Source: a virus. From it: DNA of 64,000 nucleotides. The notes under the pieces were generated by a model. It saw only the letters and a list, made by a program, of their open reading frames with translations. It had not been told where the DNA came from and did not search any database. Of the stretch, positions 58,184 to 64,000 are shown in pieces (position 1 is the stretch's first letter; each line of letters starts with the position of its first letter). The stretch covers positions 95,630-159,629 of IMG/VR virus record IMGVR_UViG_3300008954_000003. One strand, written 5' to 3'. A program made the translations under genes and the position numbers.

Positions 58184-58724
58184 CTTAAAAGATATGAAAA
58201 CGTATCGCATCAAAACAAAACAACATGGTAATATATTGTTTCTTGTGGAGAGCAGTGGGTTTCACAAAATTAATATGATGGACAAATGGTGGGAATGGCA
58301 ATTTGTAAGGCACTTTTTCAAAGAATGACGAATGAAATTGATTGGAAGAAAAAAAGTATTCACATTGACGATGCAATAACCTATATTTTTGTGTCTGACG
58401 ACGACGAGATATACGAAGTGGATGCTTACAAATTAGGCGGTTGGACTTTTTGGAAAATGATAGAGCCTGACCCCTCTAGGGGGACAGAAATTGAGATTTC
58501 CATGGAAACGTTTTTGAGTGAAAATGAAATTGATTAGCAAAAAAGTATCACAGAGGAACTCTGTATTCTTTTAGCAACAATATGACTTGTGCTGTTTGGA
58601 AAGTTGGCTATATAGTGTGGGAAATGCACGATGGACCTCATTGTGATTTTGGGCCGGCAAAGATATGGCCAAATGGTTACAGAGAATGGTGGATTCACGG
58701 GAAATTCCAAAGGATGGAAAAATA

Positions 58725-59237
58725 ATGATATATTACACCTCAGACAACCACTTTAACCACCACAACATCATTGGCTATTGTTTTAGGCCGTTTGATAATG
58801 TGCGACACATGAACGAAGCAATGATTCGCAATTGGAACAAGATCGTCAAAGATGATGATATTGTTTATCATCTTGGTGACTTTGCCATGGGCAACCCGGC
58901 AAGTATTCCCTTTATTCTTCAGGAACTTAAGGGGAACATTGTTCTTATCGCCGGAAACCATGATCGCAAACGAAACGATAAGTATTTTCCAGAGGTTATC
59001 AGGCGACCATTTGTTATTGAAGATGAAGGTCGGCGAATTGAACTTGTTCACAACCCAAAGGATTCCCGCGAAATCAAAGGGGATGTTTTTTGTGGGCACG
59101 TTCATGAAAGATGGCGAACAAAAGAAACAACCAAGCGGGTCTTTTATAACGTCGGTGTTGATGTTAGATTTTTTAAGCCCGTGACTGCAAAACAGATATT
59201 TGAGGCATATAATGGAAACAACATTTTGGATTCCTAA
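58725..59237 (+). CDS. Calcineurin-like metallophosphoesterase
   Basis: SDNHFNH, HLGD, GNHD, GHVH, NVGVD. Confidence 0.92.
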   Translation: MIYYTSDNHFNHHNIIGYCFRPFDNVRHMNEAMIRNWNKIVKDDDIVYHLGDFAMGNPASIPFILQELKGNIVLIAGNHDRKRNDKYFPEVIRRPFVIEDEGRRIELVHNPKDSREIKGDVFCGHVHERWRTKETTKRVFYNVGVDVRFFKPVTAKQIFEAYNGNNILDS

Positions 59238-59457
59238 AGAGGAACTTCAAGGTCTTTTGAATGCAAAGGTCACTGTGGTTGAGAAAAGACTTGCTGCGAT
59301 GAACAAGAGAACTCTTCATGAGCATGAGCGCGATGTAAACAGAACTCTTTATAAATGGCTTGAGTGGGCAGATGCATTCAAGGTGGCGCTTGAATATAAC
59401 GCAACAAAAACGATTCCCATCACTTTCAGCGATTTTAATAAAATAATAAGTGCGTGA
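59212..59457 (+). CDS. Hypothetical protein
   Basis: Coupled ORF. Confidence 0.5.
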   Translation: METTFWIPKEELQGLLNAKVTVVEKRLAAMNKRTLHEHERDVNRTLYKWLEWADAFKVALEYNATKTIPITFSDFNKIISA

Positions 59458-59760
59458 GGCACAAGGGCAGCAGGGTGGGAGGACCCCAATTCCAAACGGG
59501 TTGTTTTGCCGGGGTATGCTTAAAATAAAAAACCAACCACAAACCTGATCAGTCTGTGGTTATCTGGAGTTATATTGAGAAGTGAGGCGATGAAAGATAT
59601 GCAGGCCAGTCTTCAAGCTGCCCGATCTGCAATATACGAGGCTTGACCCTAACTTGGAGTAGGGTGTCAATCCCGTCGGATTCTCAAGCGTAATCGTCTT
59701 TGGGTGTTAAAATCTGAGACAACGAATCAGCCCCTTCATTTCGATATGTAGCAGAAAGAA
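59458..59760. ncRNA. Candidate structured non-coding RNA
   Basis: ~300 nt without a long ORF in a gene-dense region; several local and long-range complementary segments. Confidence 0.4.
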
Positions 59761-59761
59761 G

Positions 59762-59790
59762 TTGACCTTTGGGGTTATACAACATAAAAT
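59762..59790 (+). promoter_or_regulatory. sigma70 promoter TTGACC-N17-TAAAAT
   Basis: Spacing and position before ORF at 59828. Confidence 0.65.
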
Positions 59791-59827
59791 CAGGTCAAAC
59801 CCCCAAGACTTTTTTGAGGATAAAACG

Positions 59828-60615
59828 ATGAAAACTTTTGATATTGTAATAGAAAATACAAAGATTGAGTTTTATATTTCGAGAGTGGCCAACGAGTGGT
59901 GTTTTTTGCTTCCTAAAGATGAAGTTGGTTATGTGTATCAAAAGAACAGCTTTATGAATATATTGCAGAGGTACATAAGAGATCATGGGAAAGAAGTATA
60001 AAGTTTCAAAGTACACTGTTCATATCAGCGAAGCACTCTCTTGTCTTTGGCTTAACGAAGACAATCAAAACCATCGAGAATGCGGCCCATCAGTTATATG
60101 GTCCGATGGTGGAAAAGAATGGTGGCTAAAGGGCGAACTCATCATGTATAAGCTGCCAGACGGCAAAATGTATTTGTCGATGGAAAACTTTTTCGGATAC
60201 AAACGCTGTCATAATGAAAGAGTGTTTTATGAAGAATTTGAAAGGAGATTGAAAAATGTTTGAAAACACAACTTTCCCGATGGTGCCACATACCATTGAA
60301 AAGCTTTGTGATAAGACCATTGAGGTTTTACAAAGAAAAATTCGTGATCGTGTGGAACTAAGGGATAAACTTATAGAAAAAGAGGGATCAGATAACACAT
60401 TTGTGGTGGCAATTTTTAGAGATGAATGTCGCCATGATACAGCCAAAAACAGGTTTGATCTCCAAAGGGTCATGATCCTAAAAAAAGCTGCAATTTTGAG
60501 TGAGTGGAGAGAGCCTGTCAGGCTCGATTTTAGTACGGTTGAGCTTCTACTAACGCACCTGCAAGAAGCTGATCTGATTGACTGTTTCCCCGGAAAGCCA
60601 TCGGGCTTGACATGA
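59828..60615 (+). other. Small hypothetical ORFs (59828-60001, 59985-60263, 60256-60615)
   Basis: Coupled ORFs; 59985 has HRECGPS...G.KEWW motif. Confidence 0.6.
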
Positions 60616-60634
60616 GCCGGGGGATCTGTATAAT
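60607..60634 (+). promoter_or_regulatory. sigma70 promoter TTGACA-N16-TATAAT
   Basis: Consensus hexamers, 16-nt spacer. Confidence 0.7.
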
Positions 60635-60681
60635 GGGTGCATCGCTGGCGAGGGCCAGCCAATTTAATGGAGGAAAATAGA

Positions 60682-60960
60682 ATGTCGGTTGAAAATCGTT
60701 TGAAGGATATTGTGGGTCGCCTTAGTGAAGCTTCCCAGGATTCGGTCAAGTTTGATCTTGGCAATGCATCGGCAGGAGTTCGCGTGCGAAAGGTGGCTTC
60801 TGAGGTTGCGAAAGAGTTGAAAGAGTTCCGCAAGGAAGTTCTTTCTCTTGCGAAGGAGCGCAAGGCTGATAAGGAAAAGCGTCTTAATGGCGGCACTTCC
60901 GATGAGCCGGAAGCTGTTTCAGCAACGGAACACTCCGAGCCTGATTTGCTTGAGGAGTAA
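60682..60960 (+). CDS. Histone H1-like (Hc1-family) protein
   Basis: D..KF..GN.SAG.R.RK......K.LKEFRK; GGAGG RBS. Confidence 0.75.
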   Translation: MSVENRLKDIVGRLSEASQDSVKFDLGNASAGVRVRKVASEVAKELKEFRKEVLSLAKERKADKEKRLNGGTSDEPEAVSATEHSEPDLLEE

Positions 60961-60966
60961 TAACCA

Positions 60967-61374
60967 ATGGGCACAAGAGCCTTGATCCTCTTGAAAGAAG
61001 AAGAGGGTTCACCAGAAACTTGCGTCATATATAAACATTGGGACGGGTATATTGAGGGACTTGGTTACGGTTTAATCGAATACCTCAGTGAAATTAGAGT
61101 AGTAAACGGACTCTCAGCAACAAAAGAAACGGCAAAAGTAGCAAACGGCATGTCATGCCTATTCGCACAGTTAGTCGCACACATGAAAAAAGAACCTGGA
61201 GACGTTTACCTCTATGCACCCGAAACTCGTGATATTGGCGAGGAATTTGTTTATACAATTTTTGAGAAAGAAGACTCGATTTATTTAGCGTGTGAAGACG
61301 CCTTCTCTAACGAGTTGATCTTCATGGGTGAATGCAACGAGAGCCTTCTGGAGACTATCGCGGCTGACCGTTAG
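60967..61374 (+). CDS. Conserved phage hypothetical protein
   Basis: MGTR..I, IY.HWDGY..G.G, NGM.CL.AQ. Confidence 0.65.
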   Translation: MGTRALILLKEEEGSPETCVIYKHWDGYIEGLGYGLIEYLSEIRVVNGLSATKETAKVANGMSCLFAQLVAHMKKEPGDVYLYAPETRDIGEEFVYTIFEKEDSIYLACEDAFSNELIFMGECNESLLETIAADR

Positions 61375-61413
61375 AGCGATTTCTCCTATATCTCCGGTGT
61401 GTTGGGGCTGGGC

Positions 61414-61442
61414 TTGACAGGAGAGCCCAGCCCTGGCATACT
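61414..61442 (+). promoter_or_regulatory. sigma70 promoter TTGACA-N17-CATACT within inverted repeat
   Basis: GGGCTGGGCT/AGCCCAGCCC arms flank the -35. Confidence 0.65.
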
Positions 61443-61506
61443 GTTTTAGTCGTCTGGGGGAACGTCCAGTCGAATTCGAGTTAACCTTTAAGCCAGGAGA
61501 TAATAA

Positions 61507-62622
61507 ATGGCTATTGACTTCAAGACGTTTACTGAAGATGTTCAGTATGTTATCGAAAACCGCTTTCCAATTTTGTTGAGAGGGCGACACGGTATTGGTA
61601 AGTCGCAGCTTGTTTATCAGCTTGCAGAAAGACTTGGGCTTCCTGTGGTTGAAAGACGCGCTTCGCAAATGACCGAGGGTGATCTTTTGGGGCTTCCCGA
61701 AAAGAGTGAAGGAAAAACGGTTTGGTTGGAACCGGATTGGTTGAAGTTCGCATGTGAAAATGCTTGCGTTCTTTTCCTTGACGAAGTTGACCGTGCAACC
61801 CTGGAAGTGAAACAGGGAATCTTTGAGTTGAATGACTCTCGTAAGATTAACGGCAATTACCTTCACAAAGACACAATCGTTTTTGCTGCTGTAAATGGTG
61901 GTGAACACGGTTCACAGTATCAGGTATCTGATATGGACCCTGCGGAGCAGGATCGTTACACTTGCTTCGACCTTGATCCCTCAGTTGAGGATTTCCTTGA
62001 TTGGGGTAAACTTCTGAATAAGAAGACAGGAGACGTAAACATTCACCCGATTGTTTGGGATTTCCTGAATCAGAACAGGCAGCACCTTGAACACAAAGAG
62101 GATTTTGAGCCTAATAGGATCTATCCTTCCCGTCGCTCATGGCACCGCTTCAGCGACACACTTGTTTCATCAGGCTTGCTTGATAAGGGTGCGTCACCAA
62201 CCATTTATCGTCTTGGAACCGCGTTTGTTGGACGTGAAGCGGGTGTTGCGTTCAACGATTTTGTTCTCAACTATGATCGACAGATTACCGTTGAGGATCT
62301 TGTTGAAGGCAAGGTGACAAAGAGCCTGATCAAGAAGATGGATATTAACTCCCACAACACTTTGATTGAGAAATTCGAGCATAGTGACTATGGGATGGGC
62401 GTTCCGCTCACAGTGCAACACGTTCAGAACATTTGCGAGTACTTCGTGAATATCCCTGGTGAGCCTGCGCGTAAACTGTGGGAAACCTTCTCTCGTAAGG
62501 ATGAGAATGGTAAGGCAAAGCACAAGTATCCATTGATGGCGCATACCACAAAAACCTCAAAGGGTTTGGCTGGTGAGTGGATCATCAAGATCACAAGTGG
62601 CGAAGATGTTAACTTGCTGTAA
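61507..62622 (+). CDS. MoxR-like AAA+ ATPase
   Basis: GRHGIGKS, LFLDEVDRA, AAVN, DPA..DR, PSRRSW. Confidence 0.9.
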   Translation: MAIDFKTFTEDVQYVIENRFPILLRGRHGIGKSQLVYQLAERLGLPVVERRASQMTEGDLLGLPEKSEGKTVWLEPDWLKFACENACVLFLDEVDRATLEVKQGIFELNDSRKINGNYLHKDTIVFAAVNGGEHGSQYQVSDMDPAEQDRYTCFDLDPSVEDFLDWGKLLNKKTGDVNIHPIVWDFLNQNRQHLEHKEDFEPNRIYPSRRSWHRFSDTLVSSGLLDKGASPTIYRLGTAFVGREAGVAFNDFVLNYDRQITVEDLVEGKVTKSLIKKMDINSHNTLIEKFEHSDYGMGVPLTVQHVQNICEYFVNIPGEPARKLWETFSRKDENGKAKHKYPLMAHTTKTSKGLAGEWIIKITSGEDVNLL

Positions 62623-62638
62623 TTAAAAGGAGGATGGC

Positions 62639-63973
62639 ATGACTCTCAAAACAAAAAACATTGAAGAGATCATTGAAGACGTTAAGAAACAGATGGGAGA
62701 AGCCCTTGAAAAGGCAAAGTGCTTCGACCTGAATACACATATCAGTCGTCTGCTTTTTGACGAGCCGTTCTTCTCGGTATTGAGCAGGAGAATTACAAAG
62801 ATTCCAACCTTTGCAATTCCAACGGCGGGTGTGCGCGTGAACCCTGAATCATTTCAGTTTGAACTCGCGTACAACCCGTTGTTCCTTTCTCAACTCCCAG
62901 AAAAGCAAGTGTTGGGAATTCTAATTCATGAGTTTTACCATATTGTATTTGAGCACGTTACTTCACGTCGGAATACTGAGGTCGATCCCAAGATTTGGAA
63001 TGTTGCTATGGACCTCTCGATTAATTGCCTTATTAATCGAGACATGTTGCCGGATGGATTGTGTAATCCGGGTGAGGCACCTTTTGAAAAATACCCCGCA
63101 GGCTTGACTGCCGAAGCTTACTTGAAGCTTCTCCTTGACGATCCTGAGTTGTGTCAACAGCTTACAGGTGGCGGTGAAGGTGAAGGTGGAGAATGCGATG
63201 GCAATTGTCAAAGCGGTGAAGGTGGTGAAGGAGAAGGTGGCAAATGCACATGTGGTGCGGGGAAACCCAATGGCAAAAACGGGCAATTCGATTCCCACAA
63301 ATGGGATGATGCCGGTGAAGGTGCTGCTGATGCAGCGAAAGATCGGCTTAAAGATATGCTTGGCGAAGCCTCTGAAAAGTGTGATGCCAATTCATCCTGG
63401 GGTACGGTAAGTTCCCAAACGGCAGCGGATATTCGAAAGCGTTTGAGAGGAACAGTTGATTGGAAGAAAATCTTGCGGTTCTTCATTGGCCAGTCTCAGA
63501 GAGCCAACAAGAGTGGCACTGTAAGAAAGATCAACAAGCGTTTTCCGTATATTCACCCTGGCAGAAAGGTTAACCGTGTGGCAAACATCGCGGTCAGTGT
63601 CGATCAGTCAGGATCGGTTAACAATGAGATGCTTGCAAAGTTCTATGCGGAACTTGACAAGTTTTCCTCAATTGCCACGTTTACTGTGGTTCCCTTTGAT
63701 CACAGGGTCTTCGAAGAGAAGGTCTATGTCTGGAAGAAGGGACAGAAAAAGAATCCTATGCGGGTTCTTTGCGGAGGGACTTGCTTTGACGCTCCTACAC
63801 AATACGTCAATGAACGTCCCGTCTTCGATGGTCACATTGTTCTGACCGACATGTGTGCCCCGAAACCAAAACCTTCAAGATGTCAGCGAATGTGGATGAC
63901 AACTCGGTACTGCCGAGATAATTACGCATTCCAGACAAACGAGAGGATTGTGGTTGTCGAAGATCCACAGTAA
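62639..63973 (+). CDS. Metallopeptidase-like + vWA domain protein (DUF2201-type)
   Basis: PTAGV, HEFYH, WNVAMD..IN, DQSGS MIDAS, GGT.F, LTD. Confidence 0.88.
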   Translation: MTLKTKNIEEIIEDVKKQMGEALEKAKCFDLNTHISRLLFDEPFFSVLSRRITKIPTFAIPTAGVRVNPESFQFELAYNPLFLSQLPEKQVLGILIHEFYHIVFEHVTSRRNTEVDPKIWNVAMDLSINCLINRDMLPDGLCNPGEAPFEKYPAGLTAEAYLKLLLDDPELCQQLTGGGEGEGGECDGNCQSGEGGEGEGGKCTCGAGKPNGKNGQFDSHKWDDAGEGAADAAKDRLKDMLGEASEKCDANSSWGTVSSQTAADIRKRLRGTVDWKKILRFFIGQSQRANKSGTVRKINKRFPYIHPGRKVNRVANIAVSVDQSGSVNNEMLAKFYAELDKFSSIATFTVVPFDHRVFEEKVYVWKKGQKKNPMRVLCGGTCFDAPTQYVNERPVFDGHIVLTDMCAPKPKPSRCQRMWMTTRYCRDNYAFQTNERIVVVEDPQ

Positions 63974-64000
63974 ACAAATGATGGGGTTGGCAGGGTCGTG

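Noticed and set aside
57478-58230. tRNA-associated (theta/HDV-like) ribozymes after the CCA-less tRNAs
   Set aside because: Downstream sequences go straight into an RBS or ORF with no nested pseudoknot.
59460-59734. Minus-strand GGGGCTGATTC...CGACGGGATT resembling a tmRNA 5' end
   Set aside because: No T-arm/acceptor 3' end or convincing tag ORF found; an insertion separates the two matching pieces.
60126-61028. 300-aa minus-strand ORF, and similar ones at 19753, 22817 and 41950
   Set aside because: Antisense to well-supported + strand genes; no motifs or RBS.
1-64000. CRISPR array or cas genes
   Set aside because: No repeat-spacer periodicity seen; all repeats are intragenic duplications.
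1-64000. Stop-codon reassignment, suggested by the release-factor fragment
   Set aside because: Long conserved genes are intact in the standard code and end in TAA, TGA or TAG; no suppressor tRNA.

Overview
Fragment of a large contractile-tailed dsDNA phage (distantly T4-like myovirus, ~40% GC by eye, standard genetic code); essentially all genes are on the + strand. 1-14.5 kb: neck, sheath, two tube paralogs, tail chaperone with probable frameshift, tape measure and baseplate. 14.5-41 kb: replication and nucleotide metabolism (miniature PolA-like protein coupled to a degenerate tubulin/FtsZ, gp32-like SSB, RecA/UvsX, ATP ligase, 5'-3' exonuclease, DnaB-like helicase, class II RNR, ThyX, DnaE, dUTPase, adenine MTase), interrupted by a ~1 kb GC-rich island. 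41-52 kb: acidic core-like protein, GroEL and large late-expressed enzymes. 52-64 kb: small accessory ORFs, three tRNAs (including Ile-UAU), a candidate structured RNA, an Hc1-like protein and an AAA+/vWA pair. Two promoter classes can be read from the sequence: sigma70-type promoters, often embedded in inverted repeats, and a CTA[ATG]TTA[TC] late motif. The most interesting signals are a set of late-promoter enzymes sharing an N-terminal putative capsid-targeting leader (kinase, nuclease-like, DEDDh exonuclease, amidoligase), the mini-PolA/tubulin pair, an isolated release-factor C-terminal fragment and the candidate ncRNA. All calls are by-eye motif recognition; no searches were run.
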